Assembly (NCBI GenBank): GCA_051313645.2
Contig: JBNRSN020000004.1
Location: 333,684,001-333,748,000, forward strand
Source: Centroscyllium fabricii
Taxonomy: Eukaryota
Reading direction: 5' to 3'
DNA: 64,000 nucleotides
The position numbers were made by a program, and so were the translations under genes. Below are positions 25,157 through 37,468 of the stretch, piece after piece (the first letter of the stretch is position 1; each line of letters begins with the position of its first letter). The notes under the pieces were generated by a model, which was not told where the DNA came from, made no database searches, and worked only from the letters and a program-made list of their open reading frames with translations.

Positions 25157-26379
25157 ATGGGAGCCATTTATTTCCTTCCTTCCTGGGCATTAGAGGAGCT
25201 CGAGCACCAGCCACGGCACCAGCAGAACCAGGAACAACAGCAGCACCAACAGCAGCAGCAACAGGAGCGCCAGGCTGCTGCTCGCCCACCTGAAGCTGCA
25301 CAGGCCAGAAGGGGCCAGCGCTTGGAAGCCCGGCGGTGCAGGAGATACCTCCCAAACAGGGTCTACAGACACAAGGTCAGCTACCTCAGCCTGTCTGAGC
25401 AGCAGTGCCAAAAGCGGCTCCGACTTTCGCGAGAGGTAGTGACTGACATCTGCGCAATGCTGCAACAAACCTGCAGCCCAGAGGACCAGGTGGACAAGCC
25501 TTACCAGTGGCCATCAAGGTCACCACCGCACTCAGATTTTTTGCCTCAGGCTCATTCCAGGTATCAGCAGCAGACATCAGTGGCATCTCCCAGGCGGCTA
25601 CACACACTTGCATCACACAAGTAACCGATGCCCTCTTTGCCATCGCGCCCAGTCACATCCATTTCACCAAGGATCGAGCAAGTGTCACGGCGCGAGTGGT
25701 TGGATTAGCTAATCTGGCAGGCTTTCCAAGGGTGCAGGGCATCATTGACTGCACACATGTGGCCCTTAAGGCAACCCATCGCAATCGAGGTATTTTCGTG
25801 AACCGCAAGGGCTTCCACTCCCTTAACGTTCAGCTGGTGTGTGACCACAAGGAGGAGATTTTGCATGTTTGTGCCAAGTACCCTGGCAGTTGCCATGACT
25901 CCTTCATACTGTGCCAGTCTAGTGTGCCTCCGATATTCAGTCCACCAGACCAACTTAACAGATGGCTACTTGAAGACAAGGGCTATCCCCTGAGGATGTG
26001 GCTAATGACGCCGTTGACAAGCCCATCCAATGAAGCTGAGGAGAGCTACAACTCCAGCCACATGTCCACCAGAGCCATAATCGAGCAAACCATCAGTTTG
26101 CTGAAGATGCGCTTCAGATGCCTGGATAGATCCGGTGGAGCCCTGCAGTACTCAGCAGCCAGGGTCTCCAGAATCGTCATGGTTTGCTGTGCACTTCACA
26201 ACATGGCACAGCGTCGTGGCTTGCAGATTCCTGAGGACCAAGTGGTTCCTCACATACCCTCCTCAGATGAGGAGGAGGAGTGCGAAAACGCACATCCTGC
26301 AGAGGCCCATCAACCAGCAGCAGCATTATGCGAGAACATTGCTGCCCGGGATGCAAGGAACGCACTCACCTTGGCCTGA
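25157..26379 (+). pseudogene. Harbinger (HARBI1-like) DDE transposase, one frameshift near 25470
   Basis: [64 protein letters not shown]. Confidence 0.92.
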
Positions 26380-29300
26380 TTTGCCTAGCCGAGCCGATCA
26401 AGCACTTTTGCCTCGCAGCTTCTGGCCTGAGCATCGACAATGGCCAAGACCCTGCTGATTCCTAACTATTTGAGCAGCATGCTGACAGTTGCAAGTAATC
26501 CTAAGCTCTCAATGTGAAAGTCCCATTCACAAAATGACACACGCCACAACTGCAACAGTTGCCATCAGAATTTTTATGTACAAGAACCAACTGATGGCAT
26601 TTTTACAATAAACACATTTCACCCAAGTGACTACCCTTGTGACTATTTGTGCAGAATTTTCTCTTACGCCTGCTCCTACATCATGCCTCCCCTGTGACTT
26701 CAGCAGATGCGGAGGCCCCCTGCTCACTTTGCTGCTGCTCCTGTCTCGCCACCTTTGACGGGCATCCTCTGGGTTTGCAAGCCTGTGAGGGCTCATCAAC
26801 AGTCTGCTGCTCCTGCGGCTGTGCAGGGGTTGAGACGCCTCTCACTTGGGTGTGGACTCCGGTGGGGCTCTGACCGAGGGCTCTGCAGTGGCATGGAAGT
26901 GTGAGCACTTGGAGAGGAGCCCCCACTTCCTTGATGTCTGCCACCAATTTTCCTCTCATGGGTCAGGACCCCCTAAGCACCTGCAAGTGGCTGGAGAGCA
27001 CCTTGCTGCACATCAGGGGGGCCATGGGGACCCGTATCTGCAGTGGCAGTCCTACTCAGAAGGACTTCCATGAAAGTCTGGTTTCCCAGTTCAATAGATG
27101 CCCAACGCTCCTCCAGAGATGTTATTCTGTTATGAACACTCACCATGTTTTCAGCACTCTGGCAACTTATCTCCTCTATGGCCGAAGCCATCCTCTCGTC
27201 TACTGTTGCCATCTGTTCGAGGGAGGTTGCCATCCTTTCCGCAATGATGCGTTCATGCGCCAATGACTCCACAAAGGCTCTGCTCATGGTCGCTATGGAC
27301 TCTTCCATTCGCTCCACACTCGCAGCGACCCTGGAGACAAAACCTGCCAGAGACTCCTGCATCTGTTCCTGGAGTTCCAGCACCGCTGATCTTATAGATG
27401 GACCCAGAGGCAGAGGGTCGACATGCAGCTGAGCCGAGCTGGGAGAGTCCCGCGCCCTCCAACTAGGACTCTCCACTGCTGTCCCTGTCTCCACAATCTG
27501 CTGATGCTCACTTGTGAGCTGTGATACACCAGGTGACAACATTACTCTATGTCCCGAAGGTCCCACCGAGGTGTGAGTGTCTGCGTTGGTGCTGGGTGCG
27601 CTGAATTCTGCTGACACTGCGCCCTCAGAGGTTGCAGCTTCCTCTGAGGAGTCTGGCTGCTCAGGCTGTTCTTCCTGGCTAGTGAGGACGGATGCTTGCG
27701 ATGGTCCTGTGGGGGAGTAAAGGAAAGAGTCAGAGATGTGATGCCAAGGTTACATGCACATTGCATATTGCAGATGCTCATAAGTCCATCTGTTAGAGCT
27801 TCAAAAATATTATCAGCGACTCATGCAATGCCAATGAGATGGGAAATTTTTCTGTCACCAGCTTGCTGTGTTGCACCCCTCTGTCCATCCCCCACTTGCA
27901 CATCCTCCTCTACTCCCACGATTTCCAGGACCGCCTCCTCCCATGGGGTCAGGTGGGCTAATGAGGCTGTCCCTCCTCCTGTCCTCGCTCTTTCTCGCTT
28001 ATTGTGAGCTCTCTTTTCCTGTAATGAGGGAGACAAGTGGAGGTTGTGTGAGAATGAAGGAATGAGTGTAGAGATTACACAGCATCGATACATAGGAGAC
28101 ATAGATGGAGTGAGGTGGCAAGAACAAGGGCCCTCCCTGTGTATTGTCAGTTGTTTGCATAGCATCAGAGTGAGAGGGTGTGTGAGGGCTGCATAGTCGA
28201 ATAGTTCTGTGAATGTGACCATAGAAAGGGAATGGGTAAGGGTGCATGGATGCCAGTGTTAAGTGGGTTGTGGAGGAAGAGATTGCTGAAGCTGAGTGCT
28301 GGTGAGGAACGGCAACGGGGATCAGATTGAGGGTGATGGGCAAATCATACTCACTTTTCCAGTGCGGAGGTCATGAAATCTCTTAGGGCACTGTATCCAG
28401 GTTCTGCAGTGACTCCTAAGGAGTTGACCTCCTCAGCCACCTGCATCCACACTGCCTTGGTCTGCTTGGGAGGCCTCTTCCTCCCTGTAGAAGGGAAGAG
28501 CACCTCCCAACATAAGAAATAGGAGCAGGAGTAGGCCAATCGGCCCTTCGAGCCCGCCCCGCCATTCAATAAGATCATGGCTGATCTGATCCTAACAACC
28601 AACCTACTATCACAGAAGCATCTCCTGCATCTAATAGAATTCGACACAGGAAATAGGAGCAGGATCAGGCTACACGGTCCCTGGGCCCGCTCCACTACCC
28701 ACAGGGCCATGACCGATCTGAACCTAGACTCAAGTCCAAGTTCCTGCCCACTCCCCGTAACCTTTAATCCCTTTTACTACTAGGAAACTGTCTATTTCTG
28801 TTTTAAATTTATGTAATGAAGTAGCTTCTACAGCTTTTTGGGGCAGCATTTTCCATAGACCTACTACACTCTGAGTGAAGTAGTTTCTCCTCATCTCAGT
28901 TTTGAAAGAGCAGCCCCTTGTTCTAAGTTTATGCCCCCTAGTTCTAGTTTCACCCATCATTGGGAACATCTTCCCCGCATCCACCCGATCCAACCCCTTC
29001 ACAATCTTATATGTTTCAATAAGATCTCCCCTCATTCTTCTGAACTCCAATGAGTAGAGTCCCAATCTACTCAACCTCTCCTCATATGTCCAACCTCTCA
29101 TCTCTGGGATTAACCGAGTGAACCGTCTTTGTGCTGACTCGAGAGCGAGAGCGGGCAGCACGGTGGCATATTGGTTAGCACTGTTGTCTCACAGCACTAG
29201 AGACCCGGGTTCAAATCCAGCCTCGGGTACTATCTGTGTGGAGTTTGCACATTCTCCCCGTGTCTGCGTGGGTTTCCTCCGGGTGCTCCGGTTTCCTCCC

Positions 29301-30126
29301 ACAGTCCAAAGATGTGCGGGTTAGGTTGATTTCCCAGGATAAATTGACCCTTAGTGTTAGGGTGATTGAATGTGTGGGGTTACGGGGATAGGGTGGGATA
29401 TGTGTCGGTGCAGGCTTGATAGGGATCGAGGGATATGGGGACAAGGCAGGGACAGAGTGCTGGGTTTGGATGATCAGCCATGATCTCACTGAATGGCGGA
29501 GCAGGCTCGAAGGGCCGAATGGCCTACTCCTGCTCCTATCTTCTATGTTTCTTTGTCCTTTCTTAAGTATGGACACCAAAACTGTAGGCAGTATTCCAGG
29601 TGCGGTCTCACCAATACCTTGTACAACTGAAGCAATATCTCCCTGTTTTTATATTCTATCCCCCTAGCAATGAAAGCCAACATTCCATTGGCCTTCTTAA
29701 TTACTTGCTGCACCTGCATACTAACCTTTTGAGTTTCGTGCACCAGGACCCCCAGATCCCTTTGTACTTCAGTACTTTCCAGTTTCTTGCCGTTAAGATA
29801 ATAATCCGCTCTATGATTTTTCCTGCCAAAATGCATAACCTCACACTTTCCCGTATTGTACTCCATCTGCCAAATCTCTGCCCACTGACTTAGCCTGTCT
29901 ATGTCCCCCTGCAGGTTCTTTACGTCCTCCTCATTCACCACTTTCCCTCCCATCTTAGTATCATCTGCAAACTTTGATATGTTACACTCGGTCCCCTCCT
30001 CCAAATCGTTAATATAAATTGTAAAGAGTTGGGGACCCAGCACTGACCCCTGCGGAACACCACTAGTGACCGGTTGCCAGTCTGAGAATGACCCATTTAT
30101 CCCAACTCTCTGCCTTCTGTTAGATA

Positions 30127-30354
30127 AATGCAAGAAGTCACACAACACCAGATTATAGTCCAACGGTTTTATTTTAAATCACAAGCTTTCGGAGCTCAGC
30201 CCCTTCCTCAGGTGAACAGAGGTCTCTCTCTGTTCACCTGAGGAAGGGGCTGAGCTCCGAAAGCTTGTGATTTAAAATAAAACTGTTGACTATAATCTGG
30301 TGTTGTGTGACTTCTTGCATTTGTCCACCCCAGTCCAACACCGGCACCTCCACA
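30127..30354. mobile_element. Penelope-like hairpin element with hammerhead ribozymes on both strands
   Basis: Inverted arms; hammerhead motif at 30234-30270 (+) and 30179-30215 (-); 12-bp TSD TTCTGTTAGATA. Confidence 0.85.
30234..30270 (+). ncRNA. Minimal type I hammerhead ribozyme motif
   Basis: TCAC-CTGAGGA-A-GGGGC TGA GCTCC-GAAA-GCTT^GTGA. Stem I is TCAC/GTGA, the core is conserved, and stem III is the palindrome AGCT. Confidence 0.75.
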
Positions 30355-31920
30355 TTCTGTTAGATAGCCAATCCTCTATCCATGCCAGAATATTACCCCC
30401 AATTCTGTGATTTTTTATTTTTAAGCAGTTGGCTGTAGCCCCATCTACTAATGCCTGCAGGGCCACCTCGTCAAAACGAGGAGCTGATCTGGGTCTCCCG
30501 CTAGTCATCGTTCCTGCAGGTCTCTCGCAATCCACAGGCAAAAAGCTTGACAGTCTGCAGAAGAAGCAAGGCTTGCTGTAGACCTTAAATGCAGCAGCAA
30601 TGATGACATCATCGGAGGCGACTTTCAGTCAGGAAAAGCCCATTTGCCAAGGGTTCCCACGCGTTGGAAATCAATTGGACAATTAAGTTAACATTTCATC
30701 AATCTCCCACATCCATTTAGATTCGGGTGGATAACGAGAAATGTGGATAACATGCCACCATCCCGCACCGAGTTAAAATCCAGCTCAATGCCTCTGCGCT
30801 TTGGAGAAGTAAAAACAAAAATCAGTTAGGGTTGACACTCCCAATTACTACCCAGTGTCTACTGCTGAAAAATGCCTGTGGATGTTGCGCACAAACCGGA
30901 TTTTGGTTGCCTCTAATTTATGTAATGAAGCAGCTTCTACAGCTTTTTGGGGCAGCATGTCCCTCCGTGGTCAAATAGCCTGCTGACACTCACTATCTCG
31001 GTTCATACGGAACGAATGGCCAATTGAGAAAGGTACCCGAAGGCCGTTGATACTCTTGGATCCATACTGAAGGCAAATGATGCGCCTCGGAGGGGAGAGA
31101 AAGGAGAGGGTGAGGGAAAAGGAGGGCACTAGAAAGAGTGAGAAAGAACGAGAGAGAGAAGGAAAAGGGGACGGGGAGGAAAAACGCATGCCTTTTATCT
31201 TGAATACTATGCCAGGATTAGCCTTACAATTCAGATTCTTTATTCTGATTTGTGCAGATAGATTTTCTCCTGTAATGGAAACATGATAAATTGAAGGTGT
31301 CCAAAATACAGCGTACAAGCCCTGGTTAGCCAGCTTGTCAAGTCCGACTTCCCCATTTTCTAATTGTCTTCCAACTTCTGCAGCACTCTGCTCTCCAGTT
31401 GGATTTGCAGGCCTGAGAGCTAGTATGGCCCATTTCCAATGCTGCTTCCTGACTGGTGAATCAATTCGAAATTCCAAATCTCCTGGCCCACAAATTACAA
31501 AAAGAGTGAAACCAGCAGGATTCTAAATGCAATCGGTAACTGTGGTGATATCGAAACTTCCGGCAGAAAGTCTAATGAACTCTGCATATGTATTTCCTGT
31601 GACATCATTTCCTTTTTACATGTCACTTCCTGTATATACGTCACTTCCTGTCTAGTGGTATAAGTTCTGCTGCTATCCAGTCTGGGATGATGCTTCCCCT
31701 GTAAGCATGTGAAACGCTAACTCTGTAAATAGTTGATTAAAGCTTTGCTTAGAGTTATTGATGTGTAGGTCTCTTTTGTCACATCAGTAACTATCAAAGA
31801 AAGAGAAATCAAGATCAAGGGGACAAACAGCAAGACTGATCGCACAGGGCAAGCAAAGGGATAGAGAGAGCAACCGTACAGGAAGTGAGACCAAACATGC
31901 AAAGAGAATTAGGAGACAGT

Positions 31921-32750
31921 GGGATGGATTTTGCCAACGGGGAGCTTTTGGAGGCGGGACTCCCACTTGTCGGGTTTCAGTCCCGCCTCCAACAACTTCT
32001 GGCCAACCCACGCTATTTTCCCTTGATTGACTTTGTTAAGCCCGCTCAACGAGCTTAGCAGGCCAATTAAAGGGAAGCCGGTTACACAGAACGTCAGCGT
32101 ATGATGTTTCATTTTTGACAGATGAATTGTCATCGTCTGACAGCTCTGTGAAGCTGTCAAACACTGACATTCTCTGTAGTTTGATGAGTCCTTGAATTCA
32201 AGACATCATCAAACCTCTTTAGTTAGCAGAAATTAGATGGTTGTTGCACTGGAGAATGCAAAGGCCATCTGTCATCTCTGCCGCGGCGGTGCGAGACTCT
32301 CCGCATACCAAACTCTTGAAGCCTGCAGGAAGAAACAAAGTAAACATTTTCTAACACTTTCCTCTTACCTTACATACTCCCCTCTCCACACTTGCACCCA
32401 TTACTCATCTCCACAGCGCACTTTTGCACCCCTCCGACCACCGCAGACCCACTGCTCGCCTCGCTGACCCTGACGGGGTTCGGAGCCTTCGGGAAGTCCG
32501 CGCTTGTGTGGGAAAAATGGGGATAATCCTCTTATCTACCTGTTAACTACCTGTTAACAGGCAGATAAGTGGCACTAATACCCTTCCCACCTCTAAGGAG
32601 ACGGGACCCGGCGCGGGTCGGCTACCCGCCTCCTGGCAAGGTGGCACAAAGGCGGGTTGGGGTGGGTTAGGCACCCGCCCCCAAATCCTGCCATTTTCCC
32701 GGCAGTCCCGCCTCCACATCCACCTCCCCAGGGCTGGCAAGATCGCGCCC
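31921..32750. mobile_element. Harbinger-type MITE related to 40184-40977, opposite orientation
   Basis: Degenerate TIR GGGATGGATTTTGCCA/TGGCAAGATCGCGCCC; shares internal blocks such as TTTTCCCTTGATTGAC.TTGTTAAGCCCGC. Confidence 0.65.
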
Positions 32751-34549
32751 TGTGAGACTGAATGATCAAGGAGTAAGACACAATGGAAAGATAACAAATA
32801 GAGTCATTGCACATTAAAAGGAATCTTGTAAGATTCTTTTCCAAAGAGCTTAAAATTCACATCTCCATTAATTACTCAAACCATCTACAGTATTCATGAT
32901 ACTTTGTGTACCAACTCAATGCAAAAGTCAACTTCCGTGGCAAGCAAGCAAGCCCTTCCTATGAACTGAAATTTGACCGTGTGTGCATGCTATTCAGGAT
33001 AGTCATCCTGAAAGTGAACAACTAACCCTTTTAACCATCAGGGTGTGCACAGAATGGGATACCGCCTCGCACAACAACTTGCATGTATTTAACGCAGTAA
33101 AACGTCCCGAGGCACTTCACAGGAACGTTAGCAAATAAAATTTGACAACAAGCCACATAAGGAGATATTGGGACAGGTAGGTAGGTTTTAAGAAGCGTCT
33201 TAAAGGACAAGAGAGAGGTGCAGAGGGTTAGGGCGGAAACTCCAGAGCTTAGGGCCTCGGCAGCTGAAGGCACGGCCGCCAATGATGGGACAATGACAAT
33301 CGGGGAAGAGCAAGAGGCCAGAATTGGAGGAGCACAGAGTTTTCGGAGGGTTGTAGGGCTGGAGGAGGTTACAGAGCTAGGGAAGGGCATACCTTCCTGT
33401 TCTCGTCAATTGATGGAAAGCACCTTGCTGACAGAGCAAAAGCTTGGACTAGAATCTGAGAACTCGTCTTTATCGAGCAACAGAAGCAAGAACAGATTGA
33501 AGGACTTCATGTCATTTTGCACAGTTTATTATAAACCAATAAAAGCTCAAAATGTTTTGGCAGTTCTTTTCAGTAATTTTGGGCCCATTCATCAGTGGTG
33601 AAATGTTTATACCCTTAATCCACAGTCCTACCCATCGCAGCACCAAACTGTTTCAGATCACTGGAATCATAGTACAGCACAGAAGGCGGCTATGGAGTCT
33701 GCGCTGGCTCTTTGAAAGAGCAATCCAGTTTGTCCCACTCCCTCAATCTTTCCTCATATCTCTTGTCATTTTTTCTCCTTCAAGTATTTATCCAATTCCC
33801 TTTTGAAGACTATTATTGAATGACTGAATGATAGGGTGGTGGATCAGGCTGTGCATTTGAAATTCTAACCACTCAGTGCGCAAAAAAAATGTTTTTCCTC
33901 ATGTCGGGTTTCCATCGTCCCAACCCTACCCAGAGGCTCATTCCATGTGTTGATGGCTCGTGTGTGAAGATGCACTTTGCGACAGCAGTCATTAATTGCC
34001 TTTCACTAGTTGGAACCAGTCCAAAGATGTGCGGGTTAGTTAGGTTGATTGGCCAGGATAAATTGACCCTTAGTGTTAGGGGGATTGAATATGTGGGGTT
34101 ACGGGGACAGGGTGGGATATGTGTCGGTGCAGGCTCGAGAGGGATATGGGGACAAGACAGGGACAGGGTGCTGGGTTTGGATGATCAGTCATGATCGCAT
34201 TGAATGGCGGAGCAGGCTCGAAGGGCCGAATGGCCTACTCCTGCTCCTATCTTCTATGTTTCTATGTTTCTATCAATTGGTAATTTTAAATCTGAGATTG
34301 ATAGCTTTTTGTTAACCAATGGTATTAAGGGATTTGGGTCAAAGGCAGGTATATGGAGTTAGATCGCAGATCAGCCATGATGTTGTTGAATAGCGGAACA
34401 AGCTCGAGGGGCTGAATGGCCTCCTCCAGTTCTTATGTTTTGTTTTTAAGGAAAATTATCTGTTTCGGAACAAAAAATATTAAATTTAAAATGACATGGA
34501 CTTAAGACTAATGCATGAAACTGGAGGTGGGCCTCTGTGCCACAGTGTG

Positions 34550-35195
34550 TTGGCCAGCCATATAAATACTGTGGCTACAAGATCAGGCCAGAGGCTGGGA
34601 ATTCTGCGGCGAGTGTCTCACCTCCTGACTCCCCAAAGCCTTTCCACCATCTACAAGGCACAAGTCAGGAGTGTGATGGAATACTCACCACTTGCCTGGA
34701 TGAGTGCAGCTCCAACAACACTCAAGAAGCTCGACACCATTCAGGATAAAGCAGGCCGCTTGAATGGCACTCCATCCACCACCTTCAACATTCACTCCCT
34801 CCACCACCGGCGCACTGTGGCTGCAGTGTGTACCATCTACAAGATGCACTGCAGCAACTCGCCAAAGCTCCACAACAGCACCTTCCAAACCCGCGACCTC
34901 TACCACCTAGAAGGACAAGGGCAGCAGACGCATGGGAACACCACCACCTACAAGTTCCCCTCCAAGCCACACACCATCCTGACTTGGACCTGTATCGCCG
35001 CTCCTTCACTGTCGCTGGTCCGAAATCCTGGAACTCCCTTCCTAACAACATTGTGGGTGTACCTACACCATATGGACTGCAGCGGTTCAAGAACGTGGCT
35101 CACCACCATCTTCTCAAGGGCAATTAGGGATGGGCACTAAATGCAGGCCTAGCCAGCCAGCGACGCCCGCATCCCATCAATGAATTTTTTTTTTA
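34550..35195 (+). mobile_element. Non-LTR retrotransposon 3' fragment (CR1/L2 group)
   Basis: IYKAQVRSVMEYSPLAW...HRRTVAA...FTVAGPKSWNSLP; second copy at 39424-39958. Confidence 0.75.
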
Positions 35196-35355
35196 AACTG
35201 CACTTTCCTCATCCTGCTCGTCACCGCTTTCAATTCTGACCAATTAAATGTTTATAAAGCAATAAATTCCCACTTTCCAGCGTTCTCCACATTGCTTAAT
35301 TCCAATTACGGATAATAAAAAAAAATTAAATGCAAGGAAATACTTCAAATTATTA

Positions 35356-36078
35356 GGGCGGCACGGTGGCATAGTGGTTAGCACTGTTGCCTCACAGCGG
35401 TAGGGGCCCGGGTTCAAATCCAGCCTCGGGTACTACCTGTGTGGAGTTTGCACATTCTCCCCGTGTCTGCGTGGGTTTCCTCTGGGTGCTCCGGTTTCCT
35501 CCCACAGTCGAAAGATGTGCGGGTTAGGTTGATTGGCCATGATAAATTGACCCTTACTGTTAAAACATAGAAACATAGAAGATAGGAGCAGGAGTAGGCC
35601 ATTCGGCCCTTCGAGCCTGCTCCGCCATTCAATGAGATCATGGCTGATCATCCAAACCCAGTACCCTGTCCCTGCCTTGTCCCCATATCCCTCGATCCCT
35701 ATCGAGCCTGCACCGACACATATCCCACCCTATCCCCGTAACCCCACATATCCAATCCCCCTAACACTAAGGGTCAATTTATCCTGGCCAATCAACCTAA
35801 CCCGCACATCTTTGGACTGTGGGAGGAAACCGGAGCACCCGGAGGAAACCCACGCAGACACGGGGAGAATGTGCAAACTCCACACAGATAGTACCCGAGG
35901 CTGGATTTGAACCCGGGTCTCTAGCGCTGTGAGGCAACAGTGCTAACCACTATGCCACCGTGCCGCTAGGGGGATTAAATATGTGGGGTTACGGGGATAG
36001 GGTGGGATATGTGTCGGTGCAGGCTCGATGGGCCGAAATGGCCTCTATCTGCGCTGTAGGGATTCTATGATTCTATGA
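35356..36078 (+). mobile_element. V-SINE (short tail) containing an antisense V-SINE with HER1 tail (35562-35966)
   Basis: The host sequence resumes at TAGGGGGATTAAAT after the inserted copy. Confidence 0.85.
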
Positions 36079-36987
36079 TCATGAGTTGATTGTGTCATGG
36101 TTTAGTTTGAAGGGGTGTTGCAGATCTAGCTTTTCTATCTGGTTTACTATCTTATCTCGCTCAATCTCTCTCTGGTAACCTTGCAGTTGTTTTCTTTTGA
36201 GGCTGAAAAGGCTAAGCTTCTCCAGTCTTCACTCATAACTCAATCTTATGTCTCTTCTCCAAACCTTTTCCTCTCCAGTGTCTCCGTGGATTAAAACTGG
36301 GCACAGTACTCAAGGTGTGGTCTCAACCTAAAATAGATTAACAAACACATTTTAAAAGTGAGAAAAAGAAGAAAAGTGGCATGTGCAGGGAGAAAGCAGA
36401 AGGGTCACTGAGGTGAATACAAGAATTTGCAAAAACATATTGAAAAGGTGAACAGAGGGGCAAAGAAATAGCTGGAAAAAAGCAGAGTAACTGCAGTTAA
36501 GTGTAACAATAAAATAATTCAGACGGGCAGTAAGACCATAAAAGATGCAAATAGGTTTGAAAAGGCGAGGCACAAAGTACTAAATAAGCATGAGAAACAT
36601 GCCCTCTTGAAACAGAGATATCCCAAGTATAATCAATGATTTTGCTATCTAGATGAAAGGCTAATCGGACTCAAAACAAATAAATCCCCAGGTACAGTAG
36701 CTGCAGCTAAGCGAAATAGTTAAATAATTCAGTACCACAACAAGGACAGTCAGAGAAGTAAGACCATAAATGATGCAAATGGGTTTGAAACTGATAGGCA
36801 CAAAGTAGTAAATACTCATGTGAAACATGCCCTCTTCGAACAGAGATATCCCAAGTATAATCACGACTTTGTTTTTTATAAGATGAAACGCTATGAGTGC
36901 TGCGAGATTAAAAAGGAGATTCGTACGGCACTGACACTTATTAGGAGTCAGTAGACAGTGGTGAGGCGTTGGAAGATTAGCAATGTA

Positions 36988-37468
36988 CAGGTTGAGCACC
37001 ATTAATCCGGCACGGTCGGGACCAGGACCGTGCCGAATTTTTGAAAACTCCGAATCATTGAAGTTCGACGAGCGCATGCGCAGACCATTCAAAATGGCCA
37101 CCGCAAAATTTTGAATGGTTTGCGCATGCGCTCGCCGAAGCATCAACCGTTCGGGGAGAGGCCTGGGCATGCGCAGCCAAGCACGGCAGCCATATTGCGC
37201 ATGCGCAGACCAGTCGGGGAGGCCCGGGCATGCGCAGCCACGCGTGGTGGCCATTTTGCGCATGCGCAGGGCAGTCGGGCAGAGGCCTGGGCATGCGCAG
37301 CCAAGTGCGGCGGCCATATTGCGCATGCGCAGACCAATCGGGGAGGCCCGGGCATGCGCAGCCACGCGCGGCAGCCATTTTGCGCATGCGTGCACCAGTC
37401 GGCCAGATTCGTGCCGGACGTTTGAAGTTGCCGGACACACGGTGTCCGGATTAACGGTGCTCAACCTG
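36988..37468. mobile_element. Tigger/pogo-like MITE with ~60-bp internal tandem repeats
   Basis: TIR CAGGTTGAGCACC, TA TSD, about four GGGCATGCGCAGCC...GCCAT.TTGCGCATGCG units. Confidence 0.88.

Larger units (their letters stand above)
28508..30425 (-). mobile_element. CR1 LINE 3' portion inside the Harbinger Myb gene (contains a V-SINE at 29153-29551 and a hairpin element)
   Basis: ORFs 29543..30163 ([15 protein letters not shown]) and 28730..29161. Confidence 0.88.
26681..30508 (-). pseudogene. Harbinger Myb/SANT-like DNA-binding partner gene, spliced and disrupted by a CR1 insertion
   Basis: RSAPRFDEVALQALV (30508-30427), then EVLFP...WMQVAEEVN (28507-28355, donor GTGAGT). Exon 28018-27859 reads EKRAHNKRERARTGGG...LTPWEE; a coiled-coil exon starts at 27706. 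Confidence 0.8.
24221..30786. mobile_element. Full-length decayed PIF/Harbinger DNA transposon
   Basis: TIR GGGCTGGATTTT/AAAATCCAGCTC, TSD AAT on both sides, convergent transposase and Myb/SANT-like genes. Confidence 0.88.

Noticed and set aside
25157-26379. Domesticated host HARBI1 gene
   Set aside because: It is frameshifted, flanked by TIRs and a TSD, and paired with a Myb-like gene, so it is a transposon copy.
36485-36890. ~230-bp diverged tandem duplication
   Set aside because: It is real but old and degenerate, with no structural or coding signal to support a function.
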